Assembly: GCA_964016885.1 (NCBI GenBank)
Contig: OZ024740.1
Coordinates: 249,488,001-249,552,000, forward strand
Origin: Eledone cirrhosa
Lineage: Eukaryota
Length of the DNA stretch: 64,000 bases
Direction: 5' to 3'
Numbering within the stretch: the stretch's first letter is position 1; each line of letters begins with the position of its first letter. Shown piece by piece: positions 12,991 to 26,437 of this stretch. The translations under genes and the position numbers were made by a program. The notes under the pieces were generated by a model that was given only the letters and a program-made list of their open reading frames with translations, made no database searches and was not told where the DNA came from.

Positions 12991-14020
12991 ATAATAATAA
13001 TAATATCACATAAAATATTAAATATATACACAAAAGCAATCAAAGCTCTCTGGGTTGACAGTTGGATAATTAGTTGATCCTATAAGATTAGAAAGAGAAA
13101 GCTTGTTAGAAAAAAAAATTGTTACATTAAGAAAAAGGCTTCAGCTGATTTCTAATTTCTGAGAAAGAGATCAACAGAGCCAAAGTGATGAAAAATTGCA
13201 ACATTACAGCAAGTGTGCAGCAGTGCAGTTAGCAATAATAGAAAAACAGATAATGCTATAAACACACACACACATATTTAATTATATGCATATAATAGGA
13301 ACACTTAATAAGTATTAGTTAAAATACTCTAAAACTGATCTGGTCCAGTAAATAAGTTTACATCTGTTTTTTTCTCTCTCTGTGTCACACTTAAGTAAAA
13401 TGTGAGAATTGCTGATGAATTATAAAATAATATAAATATGAAAATCAGTTCTGCTTTCAACAGCTTACAATTATGATTATTTATTAATAATTAAATATAC
13501 AAGACCATATTTACAAAAGAGGCAACATCTTTTTTTTTGCTTTTGCTTTTTCAAAAATGCCATTAGCATCATCGACAGTTTAGAACATATTTTATGTAGA
13601 TCATGACTTTTCCCCATGGAGCACACAAACCACAGACTAATAGTGGGCTATGCTGCCATGTATTTCATTTGGCCATTAGAAAAATAATTTAAAATACTCT
13701 AAGTGAAAGTAAAACAAACAGAATCGAAAAAACAAAGTATTTAAACATTAAAGAAAAACATAATGGATAATAATAATAATTTAAAATGAAGCCAGTATTT
13801 AAAGTAATAGTAAAGTATATGTATATTTGATAAAAAAAATATAAGAAAAAAAAATTAATCCACAGATTTGTATGTAATCTTTGCTATTTATAGATCAACC
13901 CTTTTAATACCAACTGGCCTGATACTGCTAACACTAAAATGTTTATATTTAAACTAAAATCTTATAACATGAAATGATATGAAATTTCATTTTGTCAACA
14001 CATGATATATATATATATAT

Positions 14021-14925
14021 TCCTTCTCGTCCTCTCCTATGAATGCACCCAGCTCTCATCACCGCTGTAACACCTGTCCTTTCATTTCCAACCTCACCAC
14101 TCCTTCACCTGCACCTCCAACCACATTGACTATGCCCTCTGGTGTTCCCTTTGCAGATCCTTATACATCGGACAAATGGGAGTTTTGCTGAACATTTGAG
14201 GGACATACGACTTGGTATGGATACTCCCACCACCCATCACTCTTCCCTACATGTCTCAGTCCTTTTACATTTCCCTACATGTCTCAGTCCTTTTACATCA
14301 CAGATCACAGGCCTTGCACACCAAGACTGAACAGAGTCTGATTTTACACCTTGGGTCCTCTTTCTCCTCACGGACTCAACTCCCCTTCCCAATTTCACGC
14401 GCTTGTACATTCACTCTTAGATTCCTATGGCTTTCTTATGGTCAGAAGCATATACTCTTACAGCTGATACAGACCAACAAAATACGCACACACACTTCTA
14501 CTTTTCCCTTCACAGCTCTGTATACACACACACATTCCCTTTTATTAAAATACTTTTTCTCACAGCTTCATACTTATAAGCACACACACAATTTTTTACT
14601 TACATAGCTCTATATACATTTTTTTTTCCAATTCAGGTAGACTGCTACATCATCCACTTTTCTAAAAAAGTATATCATACACAAAACGCCAGCATCAACA
14701 GTTTTTCAAGAGATGGCAACATGAATGGACCTGTTATTTTTCTCTAAAAACATTTTTTACGATTCCACCCTGCCCATCCCTTCACTCTTTCTAATTTCTC
14801 ATTCTTTCTTCTTATGAAGGACTAGTGTCCGAAACTAGTGTCTGCTATTTCAAGCGTTATACTAATATATTCCTTCCATATACTGTACCGATTGTGTTGT
14901 TATTTCTGTTTACCTTTTACATACA
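14021..14925 (+). mobile_element. Penelope-like element remnant: GIY-YIG endonuclease and pseudo-LTR with decayed hammerhead
   Basis: After (TA)n: HRCNTCPFI / HSFTCTSNHIDYALWCSLCRSLYIGQ / FAEHLRDIRLG. At 14811-14840: CTTATGA-aGGACtagtGTCC-GAAACTAGT. Confidence 0.8.
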
Positions 14926-14944
14926 TACACACACACACATATAT

Positions 14945-17340
14945 GCTGCTGGGAGATTTCAACCTCCTGAAGGTCAAGTGGCCCGAAGGCCAGCCTCTCT
15001 CAGGAATGATGGCAATTGAACAAAGACAGACAGAATCCTTGTTGGACCTTACAATCAGACTCTTCAAGAAACAAAAGGTACTACATCCAACAAGAGGTAA
15101 GAATACTCTGGATCTCTGCTTCACAAATAACACGGAGCTCATCCACAATGTGTAAGTCACACCAACGATTTTCTCGGACCATAAAATAGTAGAAATAAGA
15201 ATGTAGAGTCTGAAGAAGACTGTATATATGCAGCTGACAGAAAGCACTCGGTCACTCTCCAGCTTAAACTTCCACAAAGCTAACTGGAAAAGGATTCAGG
15301 AGGAGCTCCTGAAGCAAAACTGTCAACTTCAGCAATTCATGGAAATAATACAAGCCATATGGTCCAAGTTTGCCCCAGAAAGAAAGGCCAACAGACACAA
15401 AAATATTATTCCCAGAGGCAGGAGAACCCTTATGAGAAGAACAAATCGCAAATCAGCTACATACATAGGTAAGGAATGGAATCTCATTTGAAGCAGGCAC
15501 TGTTTCAAACACTTCTATGAAAAGGAGAAGGCAAAAAGAGAAGCCAGGGCTATAGAAAACATAAAGACGAACCCTAAGGCTTTCTTTAAATTTACAAAAG
15601 AGACTGCTTTGGTACACTATGAGATAGGGCCACTTTCCATAAAAGTGGCTCACTCCAAGGGATAAATGAGGTACTGAACAAACAATACAAAAATGTTTTC
15701 ACACCTCCAATGAGACACATGCAAACAAATAAGCCAGATGAGTTCTTTAACACCATCACATTATACAGAGAAATGGCAACCATCAACCACATTGACGAAA
15801 TGAGACTAAATTCAGCAGCTGACCCTGATAGTTTCCCAGCAACCCTACTAAAAACATGCAAGCAAACATTAGCAAAATCACTGCAGATCCTCTTCCAAGT
15901 GGTAAACTAAAAGAAGGGATAATATGTCCTATCCATAAAGGCAGAAGCAGAGCAGATACTAAAAACTACAGACCTGTCTCCCTGACCTCACATATCAGCA
16001 AAGTCATGGAACGAATCATCAGCAGGAAATGATCACTTTTCTAGAGGAAAATGGTCTAACTGACACCCAGCATGGCTTTTGCCTGAGTAAAAGTTGTCTT
16101 ATGCAGTTCTTGTAGCATTATGACTGGATACTCAAACAATTACTAGACCGTTCGAATGTAGTTGTGATATATCTCGACTTTGCGAAGGCCTTCAACAAGG
16201 TTGATCATGTAATGATATGTCACAAACTACGTAGCTTTGGCAGAGCTGGAAAACTAGGTGAATGGCTTCATGACTTCTTAAAAGCCAGAAGCCAGACTGT
16301 TGTAGCCAATAGGGTCTCCTCAAAGGAAACATCAATAACAAGCAGCGTGCCCCAGTGAACCATCTTGTGGTCACTACTGTTGTGGTGGCTCTCTCAGACA
16401 TGCCCTCTGTAATACGGACAACCTCCCTAACAAGCTATACTCATGACACGAAAGTACCACAGGCAATCAAGAAACCAGTTGATGCTACTCTCTTACAACA
16501 AGATTTAGATGCCATATATAAATAGGCTGAAGACAACAATATGCAATTTAATGCAGGTAAGTTTCAAGCCTTCCGCTATCAACCTACAATCGTAAGAATA
16601 CCACAACAAAAGTACACTGGATTAGGAGTAACCGAAATCTCAGAATCAAAAACAATATGGGACCTGGGAACTGACATGAGCAATGTGCAAATGACTGGTG
16701 AGTTGGATTTTGAGGACATTCAGGACGAGAAACTCAGAAATCATGTTGGTTCTCTGGAGGACTTTCGTACTCAGTCGACTGGACTATTGCTCTCAGCTAT
16801 GGTCACCCTACAGAGTCAAACTAATTGCAGAATGTGAAGCAATCCAATGAAGTTACATCAAGAGGAGTGCTTCAATAAAAGAGATAAACTACTGGCAGAG
16901 GCTGACAAAACAAAAGATTTACTCAATGGAGTGAAGACGGAAGAGATACGCAGTGATATATGTATGGAAGATCTTAGAAGGGTTAGCACAAAACTTCAGT
17001 GTTGACGACAGGAACAGCCCACGAACAGGAATCCAGTGTAGTGCCAAAGGTCCTATACGTTGTATCAAGAATAAGGACCACATACGGCAATAGCCTGCTT
17101 TTTAATAAGCTGCCAAAAAATCTGAGAGATCTACATAGTGTGCATGTAGATGTTTTCAAGAGACACCTCGACATTCGACTGACCAAGATCCTAGATGAAC
17201 TCACAGCATGAGGCGAAGTGCAGCAGCAACAAACTCCCTTTTGCATCAATGGCCAACTAGGGAAGGCTGGCTATAAAAAGTGTAACATAAATGGAGGAGC
17301 CCCAGCATGGCCTCAGCCTGCATTGAAAGATTACTGCACG
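14945..17340 (+). mobile_element. Degenerate CR1/L2-group LINE (APE C-terminus and RT)
   Basis: LLGDFN, PTRGKNTLDLCFTN, IYLDFAKAFNKVDH, SVPQ, MQFNAGKFQ, LFNKLPKNLRD. Many stops and frameshifts. Confidence 0.88.
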
Positions 17341-19536
17341 AAAGATGGCACAATTTAGGCAGTGTACCATGACGTAACCATCTAATATATCCTAACACAT
17401 TAGAAAACATCATGAGTGTGCCCACGTACGTATGTATATTGATGTGTTTATATGTATGCACGAGAGAATACATGTTTCCATTTTACGTGCATGCACATTG
17501 TGATATTTAACCCTTTTGTATTACCTGCCGTATGGTGCTATGTTTTGTCAGATATACAGTCATATATGCAGGTCCTGTTTATTAGCATCACTGCTGCTGT
17601 AGTAGTGGTTGTTAATGTTATGGTCAATGTTGTTGTCTCTACTGTAGCTGTAATCACAGTGGTTATATCACCCACCCTCAAAGTTTTTATTACACCCACT
17701 ATCTGACGAAATTCAGCAACTGGTTACACATAGACTAAGTGTCTGGAATTCATAGCCATGTATAGATGAGAAAGATATTCTTTTGATAATTTACAACCTT
17801 GAATCTATGGTCGGTGGAGGAGGTGAGAATCACTAATTGACACATAGATAATGCCTCACAAATTGTGAACACAATAGCTAGATCTTTTTTAATGTTATTC
17901 TTATATATATCAATATACATATTTATATATATAATTTTAGAGATATTCTACTCTCTTGAATATAATGAATATTAATTAAATCTCAGAGGCAGTTAATATT
18001 CTCAGAATCAAAGTTGACAGCAAGAGCAACCAATCAGGCATTCTACAATTGTAGATAATTTTCATTAAACTCTATAAAATGTGTTGTATATTTCTTAATG
18101 TAAATGGTTTTAGACATTATAAAAAGCAATTTGAGAGAAATAGAAACCATTGTTGATTATAATGAACTTCTCTCTTTTGTCTCATATTATGGTGTGTGTC
18201 ACTTTTTACATATGCTCTAAGTAAGCCAGATTAGAAGTGGTGTTGGGGGAGGTGGGTCAGATGGCATGGGTCTATGATTTTGAAGGGAACTGCTTGTTTC
18301 AAATTCTAGTTCTTTCATTTTGTTCTGTTATTTGTATATACATCATGTATAAACCCATGCTAGCGTGGAAGATAGACGTTAAACGACGATGATGATGATG
18401 ATGATACACTACATGTACATATACCTGTAAACCATACATAAATCATACATATTTAGTACTGATTAATAAAATACTTAATGAGCCGTCTGAAATGGTGTCT
18501 ACATTTCACATCTGGTTTGGGTCTATTACAAACTTTATATAGGTCTGACTGTATGTCTAATACATATTCAAGTTTGTTTTCTCTGAAATTACAGTTGTTT
18601 ATTCAAATGGGAAAGCCTCTTCCTGCGTGAAAAAAACCAAACAGATCAACACCAACAATGAAATATGAAATATTGCTTACTGTCTATCAACAGGCAGAAT
18701 ATATCACTTGATTGCCAACTCTTTATATTCTTTTATCATTACAGAAACAAATTGAATGAAAACTTGGATGCAACAGGCCTCTCACGCAAACATTAACTAC
18801 ATGTTATCCCTTAGAGCACTGATATATTGGACTCAATATCATCCTCATCATTATTTTTACATCCACTTTATCAATGCTTGCATGGGTTGGAGTTAGACAT
18901 TTGTGGCAGGTTTTCTATGGTCAGATGCCCTTCCTGATGAGCTAATCTATTTTCAGTATGATATATATTGCTAAATGGTCATTGAACTGCACTGCATGAC
19001 ACATTGTTTACTGGGGACACAAACAACGCCATCAGTTACCTTTTATAAACAGTGTTGAAATGATGTTTGCAGCAACTTTCATACACATATACTTCCATAC
19101 ATACACATACACAGAACAGGCTTTCTCATAGTTACCATCTACGAAATTCAGTCTCAAGGAGATATAGGATGTAGTAGAAGGTATCCAACATAACCATAAA
19201 TGATACACATGCAATATATTGGCCTAAAAATATAATACACTTTTGTTTTGTTTTTTTTATAATTAATCTATAGTGTTTTTGGTATATAATTTTTAAAAAA
19301 AGGCCATTGTGGTAAAAGGGTTAAATGAAGGCATTTGAAGCAAGTAATAATTTGCTCCATGACCAAAATCAAGCCCTAGGTAGCAGAAGCAGATAGCAAA
19401 ATTTCCAACAAAAGCATGAGGTAGGGGAAATGGGAAGAGAAAAAAAAAACAAACAAAAAAACTAACAGATTGCATGCAAGCCAAATAGTTTTAGCCAACA
19501 AAGTCACATCTAAATTCATCAACAATTCAGTCGTAC

Positions 19537-19675
19537 ATTTGGCCATTGGCAGCTGAGTAGATAGCTTGGTCATTGGCTTCTACGTACTGGACATGTGCAG
19601 AATACACTGTTTGACCAGGTTGCTGGATGGATGCCTGTTCATGGACCTGCTCAGCAGTCGACTCGGGAACTGAGG
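19537..19675 (-). CDS. Rfx: RFX1/2/3-like exon (TSVPESTAEQ...TVYSAHVQYVEANDQAIYSAANGQM)
   Basis: Strong acceptor tcttttgtttgtttcag, donor GTACGA. 139 nt, phase 1 to 2. Peptide resembles the vertebrate RFX3 segment VYPAQVQYVEGSDTVYTNGAI (recalled, not searched). Confidence 0.88.
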
Positions 19676-20084
19676 CTGAAACAAACAAAAGACGGGGGAA
19701 AAACATTCTAACAAAGAGAACAGTGGAAATGTTATGATTTACTTTGAGATAATTTAGATGAAACTAATGTTTCAAAGCAGAATATTATTGAAATTGAATG
19801 AAAAAAGGGAGGAAATTTTGCATGGAAAGTTGGTTCTTTGAAGTAATTTAGATATATGCTTCAAAGAAAAATAATTTTGGAACAATAAAAATAAACAGAG
19901 ACTGAAATGATACTACAGAAGTGGTTAAAAAGTAGGTATATATTAAGAATTTAAACTGCTGAGGAATATCCACCCAAAGTATGCTGAATAATAATAATAA
20001 AAAAAATGATAATTAGGCCTCAAATGCTAGGTCAAAAAATAATAGAGAATTAAGCTTGATAGACCCAGTAAAAAAATGAAGACA

Positions 20085-20296
20085 TTAACCCTTTAGCATT
20101 TAAACTGGTCATATCCGGCCAGAATTCTCTCACCTCTTTCTGTTTGAATCAGCTGTAACTGGCCACTCACTGATGTTAAGGTATTGTCCTCAAAATAAAT
20201 AATATCAAAATCTCATAGATTCCATTTTATGTGAGATAAAGTGTTTACCGTGAAAATACAATGTATATATAAAGTAATGTAATGCTAGAGGGTTAA
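20085..20296. mobile_element. piggyBac-like MITE family A copy
   Basis: ttaaccctttagcatt ... aatgctagagggttaa. Confidence 0.78.
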
Positions 20297-22071
20297 GCAG
20301 ATTGTTGGTGCCATACCTATCAACCATTTCATAGCTCATCAGCCCATCAAATGATTTGGTCATCTGATCAGAATGCCAATCAACCCGCCAGTCCCACAAG
20401 CCTAAACACTTAGTATACAAGCTTCAGAACCAGAGGAAGACCATGTTGTCAGTGGATCGCCTGAGTTGCAGACATGCTCTGCATCCGCACCGTAATACTA
20501 CTGCAGGTTTCATGCCTTGCAGCAGATCACCAATTTCATGTCCCTGTCACACATTTCCAGTAGAAGTGGGCAGAAATGTAAATTTATTTGTAAAAACAGT
20601 TGACTATTTCAATATATATATTTAACCCTTTTGTTACCATATTTTTAATAGAATACACAGCCTACATATTTTAATTAATTTTGAAAATAATAAAAATAAA
20701 ACAATTGGAGGAATTTAATAAAATAATTAACTTTAAGCTGTTTGGAACATTACTTAGCAAACACTTTTTTCAAAATGGATGACTGGATATACCATACAGA
20801 GTCTTTCTGAATTCCTTTTCTGCACGTGCGCGCACACACACACACATTTATATATGTAATGTAACAAATATAGCTGAGTGATAAAAGTATCTGACTATTG
20901 AAAATGATAAGTTCAAATAAACCTGTCAGTCATTATTATTATTTACAGCTATTACCAGGGTTTCTAAATTGGGTTACATGTAGCTGATTATGCTACTTTT
21001 CATGACTGCATGCTATTATTTTTTATAATTTGGATTACTTGCTGCTTGAATATTTTAGTTCTTAAACCTTTAGCTAGCAAAACACTTCTTGTTCTATGGA
21101 ACAAGATTACCCATTTTATAGGGCTCTTATTTAAATTAAAATTTAACAATTTGATATATGGACCTTTTGTTAAGTTATTACAAATACCATCTTAATGAAA
21201 TAACTAACAATTTTAGAACTGTCTCCAAATTCATTAATTCAAATTGTGTATTTCATTAGAAATATAGTAACAAAGGAGTTTAAAAAATAAGAATCTTATT
21301 GAATATCATATTAAATTATAAATTAGGTAAATTAGAACCAACCTACAGGCAACCCTTACAAACGGTATATAATCATAAGTTACACTTCCTTTATGCTTAT
21401 TTATGACATTTTGGCTCATACATACATGAGTCGCATGTTGCTTTTTGTAAATATTATTTTCAATTTTTCCTGTGGTTATGTTTAAATCAAAAGAAAACAG
21501 TTAGCTAAAATAACTGCAATCATTTCCAGTACAGTCTAGCAAAATCTTGCAACTATTATTATCATAGCAATGTAATTTTTATGCCCCAAATGAACACACT
21601 AACCAATCATTTTAAATTGCTATTTCTCATTGACTGAAAATATCTGTGGAATTACAACCAGCAGATAGAAAATTATGCATATAAATTTAGCACACGAGGA
21701 AGTCATTTTTGTTCTTGTGACAAGACGTCCTCAATATATATTTGTTTACAATGTCAATATTCTTATAGAGTGAGTAGTATATCGAATCATTTCGCTCTGT
21801 GTGTGTGTGTTGGAATTGTTAGAATTTCAAGCTCATAGTAAGGTTCAGTAGATAAGTTGCATCTGGTTTTACATGCCCAATATTTTAGTAAAAAGTTGCA
21901 ATTTATCTATGAGTATACAGTATATATTTTCAATTTACTTGCAGAATTTTTATTTTGGACTACTTTTCATAAAATTGATCTAGCAAACCTGGCTACCTCT
22001 GCTTACCAACTTTTAAACTATAATGCTATCCAGCTGTGAGGCAAGAACACCTCATGCAAATACACCCAGGA

Positions 22072-22118
<47 letters not shown>

Positions 22119-22259
22119 TGGTAAAAACATTGAATAAGAAAAGCAGGGGGAAAGTAAAGATAAAGAATAACAGATAGAATTTGATTTTCACAAGATCTTG
22201 TTTCCAGCCACTGGGCTGTGGCAACGACTACTCCCACCTCAATTATTATTATTATTATT

Positions 22260-22465
22260 GGCGGTGGATTGGGTGTATCGGTAGAGGGTCGGACGCCATG
22301 CTTTGACGCATAGAGTTACGGCAGTTGCCATTCTGAGTTCAAATCGCGCCGAGGTTAACTTTGCCTTTCATCCTTACGGGGTCGATAAATTAAAGTACCA
22401 GTAATGCACTGAGTAATTGCTGGCTTTGTGCCAAAAGTAGAAACAATTATTATTATTATTATTAA
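22260..22465 (+). mobile_element. tRNA-derived SINE family 1, full length (also 38997-39113 +, 44547-44685 -, 48495-48680 -, 49155-49350 -, 59420-59612 -, 62070-62258 +, and many older copies)
   Basis: A-box-like head, B box GAGTTCAAATC, central gcctttcatccttacggggtcgataaa domain (resembles the Meta-type SINE domain, recalled), (ATT)n tail. Confidence 0.88.
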
Positions 22466-25400
22466 GGTCAATAAAATAATAAAAGAAAAAGAAAAATGTT
22501 TTGCCCAATCAATGCCAGCATAGAAAAATGGAAGTAAAAACCATGATGAATGAGGAAAAGTAAAGCCTACAACAATTGAAGACCCTTCAAAACTGGTAAG
22601 ATTGATGTAGTTGAAATTCAGCTTTAACTTTTATAGAATGTCTGATGGAAAAATATGAGCAAAGACGCATACATATATGTGCTTTGTTGAGGGCTAGCAA
22701 CTGATTAGGACTACAGTATTTTCTGGCACTGATGAAGAAGCTTATCCTTTGTGTTGATTTAATGTGTTAAAGTGTTTGGCCTTGTGTCAATAAGAAATCT
22801 TTATTACTATCATTAGCCCTTTCATTACCATTTTTCTCTGACATTGCCAATAATTTTTCAAACATTTTGAAAATAATCAAAAATTTAGTAATATAACTCT
22901 CATTATTAAGCTGGTGTTTGGAACATAACAAAGATTCTGACATACAATTATGATGGAAAGTTTTTAGATAAATATAAACACTTTTAAACAGTTTTGTATA
23001 ATAGAACCAGGGACGGTTTTAGGCAGTTTGGTATCTTGTCGGGTATTTTATTAAATAATTTTACTTTATCATTTCTATATATGAGTTGATTTAACAAACT
23101 ATACTCTGACTATAATAATCATTAGTATTTATGACCAGTCAAAAAAACAAATTATTACTACTTATATTATTAGCATTGTAACACAGACAAAGACTGCTTA
23201 ATAGTAACAGAATGGTGAGTGTTGACATCACCAGAGTTGTGAGTGTAGTGAGTTGTAAAACAACAATTCTTTTCTGTGAGCAAGAGGCACAGTCTCAATT
23301 AACCTTTTTACAAAACAGAATTAGAATATATAGGTCAACAAGAACAATTTTTTAATCCCACCTGAAATCAATGTGAATTTCTGGAGTTGTTAAAGCAATA
23401 AAAATCAACAGAAATGTGTTAGATAATGATAATCTATATTAGAAGACAAACATTTTAAAATTAGTGCATTTCAGTGCATCTGTTAGTTTGCCTAGTAAAC
23501 TATTTCGGCAAGACTTGTTAAATAGTGGTTAATAGAAACAAGACAATTAGAAAATTAATAAAATAATCTACACAAAAAGTTTGTAAGATTCCAAAGAGAC
23601 AGCTCAAGAACAAAGTTTTAAAATCTTATGACCATCTACAATCAATTAAATGCTAGATGAAGCTAGATATTTTTGTTAGTACCAAACATAACCTATCTGA
23701 TCTAACTTCAGATGTTGATATATTCATTTTCTCTTTACTGTCAGTTCTCTAGATGGATGCAAGACTTCATTTACATGTATTTTTACACAGACTATCTGCT
23801 ATAATTACTCCCATCCCAGGTTGTTATACAGTGGGAATAACAATCGAAAAGAGAAATGTTTATACCTAAAAATGAAAGTATAACCAATGGCATGTGCATA
23901 TTATATCTTTAAACCTTTAACATTCATATTACTCTATATTTACTATTATATTTTCACGGTAAAGGCTTTGCCTCAGATAATTATCTTACATAATATCGAA
24001 TCTATGAGATTTTGATATTATTTATTTTGAGAACAATACTTTAATGTCGGCATGAGGGCCCAGTTATGGCTGGTTAGAACAGAAAGAGGTGAGAGAATTC
24101 TGGCTGGATATGGCCGGTTTAAATGCAAAATATATGACATTTTGAACTTAACCCATGCCCCACCCCCCAGTTGATAACTACTAATGCTCAATGCCTGCTT
24201 AAATTATGCAACTCATTAACCAAGACAAGCTGCCAGGATCCTAGTACACGGATCTTGTCTGTCTCCCGTTAAAAGCAATGTATTATTCCCCTAGACAAAA
24301 GTGCATACCAAATTACTGCTGCTAACACTTTACTTACAAAACCTGGTAACAAGCAGTACATCACCAGTACAATGAGACAATGTTGGAATGTATTTATATT
24401 GGCAAACCAAAGTAGTTTTGAAATAATTGATAATGATAGCAATGAACCTACATTGGTTTCAACAATGAATTTTCCAGTTGCTCAGTCAATGGAAAAGCCT
24501 ACACATCAAATTATGTGTAAACTTGAGTATTCCACAGACATATGTAACCATTAGATATTCTCAGAGATTCAACACGACAAAACTGGCCCTTTGAATTATA
24601 GGTACAGTCCATGCAATAAGCTCCGAAACATTTTTCACCTATCCAATTACATACACAAGGTTTGGGTCAACTAGGGGCTATGATAAAACACACTAGCTAA
24701 CGATGCCATGAAGTGGGCTTGAACCAAAAGCCTCAGGATTGTGAAGCAAACTTCTTAACTATTTGGTTCTTCAAGCTATGTTTACTAATAATAATGGTCA
24801 GCACATAACAAATTCAAGATGATGCCTTGTATAACTGCTGAATTGTAGAGCTTTCTAGTTCATGGTTGCAAAGAAAAAGCAGACATTGATAATGGCTGAA
24901 ATTATTTACTCTCAACTGATATCTAAGGTGAAAAATTAGCAGATTCATGAGAACAGAGGAAAAAAAACATGCAGCATTTCTTTTGGCCCTCTGTACACTG
25001 AGTCCAAATCCTCTCCCTTTCATTATTTTGGGGTTGATAAAATAAAGTATCAGTCCAGAGCAGTGAACTGGCAGAATTATTAGAGCATCGGGTAAGATGC
25101 CTTGTCGTATTTATTCTAACTTTATGTTCTGAGTTAAAGTCCAATTGTGCCACCCAGTTCAACACCACCACCTGACCCTTGGGTGCCTTTAGTCAAGTCC
25201 ACAATGCTGCACGCATTCAGACAAGGTCCCTGGTTTAAGGATACAGTCTGAGCTCTACCTTCCCCTCCCGAACTAAACAGTAAAATAATCAATCATCATC
25301 GCCCAAAAACAATTAGCCCTGATCTATCAATTCTTATGCTGGCACACTATCAACTTCATTTAAAAGGTTTTATTTGTTACCAATAAACAATGCTGATGAA

Positions 25401-26181
25401 GAAAACTAATACCAAGCCAGAAAATAAGGACTTGAAGACAAACAATTACCACTTATAAGTAGCCATAAGTTTAAGATGATGAATACTGATTAAAAAGTTA
25501 GCAATCCAAATTCTGCTTCAACTAATTTAACATGTTTGTGTGACAGTTGTTTGTGCAAAATGCAAGAAGTACTATTTTTACCAACATTTAGCAATAGGGA
25601 AAAACAGCTGCCTTGCTCCAATACCTTGAAGGGGCTCCTTGTGTTGTGAGAACATGGATTTGCACTTGGAAAGTTCCTCTTGAAGGTACAGGCCTAGGCA
25701 AACGTTTTTTGGGGGGTGGGGTAGAGCAAATGCATATACATGCAAGTCTTTCCTCTCTATGCAGCTGATGTTATCCAAAGGAAAGGCAAGAGTTGATATA
25801 GCATGGCACTGGTGACCTTAGAATATAAAGGACCAAAAGATACTGCAAGTTCAATACTCTAGTTCTGCCAATTCCCAACACCAGACAGGTACCTTATTTA
25901 TGAAAAGCAAAGTTAACCATGGCACGATTTGAACTCAAAGCACAGAAAACCAGAACAAATAATACAAAGCATTTAATCCAACATCCTAATGACTCTACCA
26001 AATCGACATCTTTGCTTTAAAAATTCTTATGTAAAACAAACCTAGAAAAACTATTCCATACAGGTCAGCATAGGAAAAAGGATAAGCACACTTTCGATTT
26101 TCAACTAATAGTATTGATAAGAAAAGAATAAAAATGTTCACCATGACCATATGTATAAGATAAGAATTATTATTAACTTAC

Positions 26182-26437
26182 TGGCAACTATATAAGAATG
26201 CCCTGTGTGTGCAGGTTGAAGGATGGTTGTAGTGGCTTGTGATACTTGAGCTTTTTGGATCTGTCCAGCATTCACTGCACTAGTCTGAGCTTGTGTCAGC
26301 TGTTGAACAGGGGCTGGTTGTTGAGGGGCTTGTACTTGGTTTGGTTGAGGCTGCTGTGGTTGTTGTTGTTGCTGAAGATGTTGCTGCTGCTGCTGGACAA
26401 CTTGTGCCTGAGTGACCACAGGTGATTTTGCGGTATT
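26182..26437 (-). CDS. Rfx: RFX1/2/3-like transcription factor, Gln-rich coding exon (NTAKSPVVTQAQVVQQQQ...GHSYIVA)
   Basis: Acceptor ttttttttaacaaag, donor GTAAGT. 256 nt, phase 0 to 1, open Q/P/V-rich frame that splices in frame to exon 19537-19675. Confidence 0.85.

Noticed and set aside
17452-17706. Val/Thr-rich ORFs on both strands
   Set aside because: Low-complexity, trinucleotide-like sequence with no phase-compatible splice pair with Rfx and no recognisable domain.
22260-22360. tRNA-like A/B boxes
   Set aside because: No full cloverleaf; this is the head of a multi-copy SINE.
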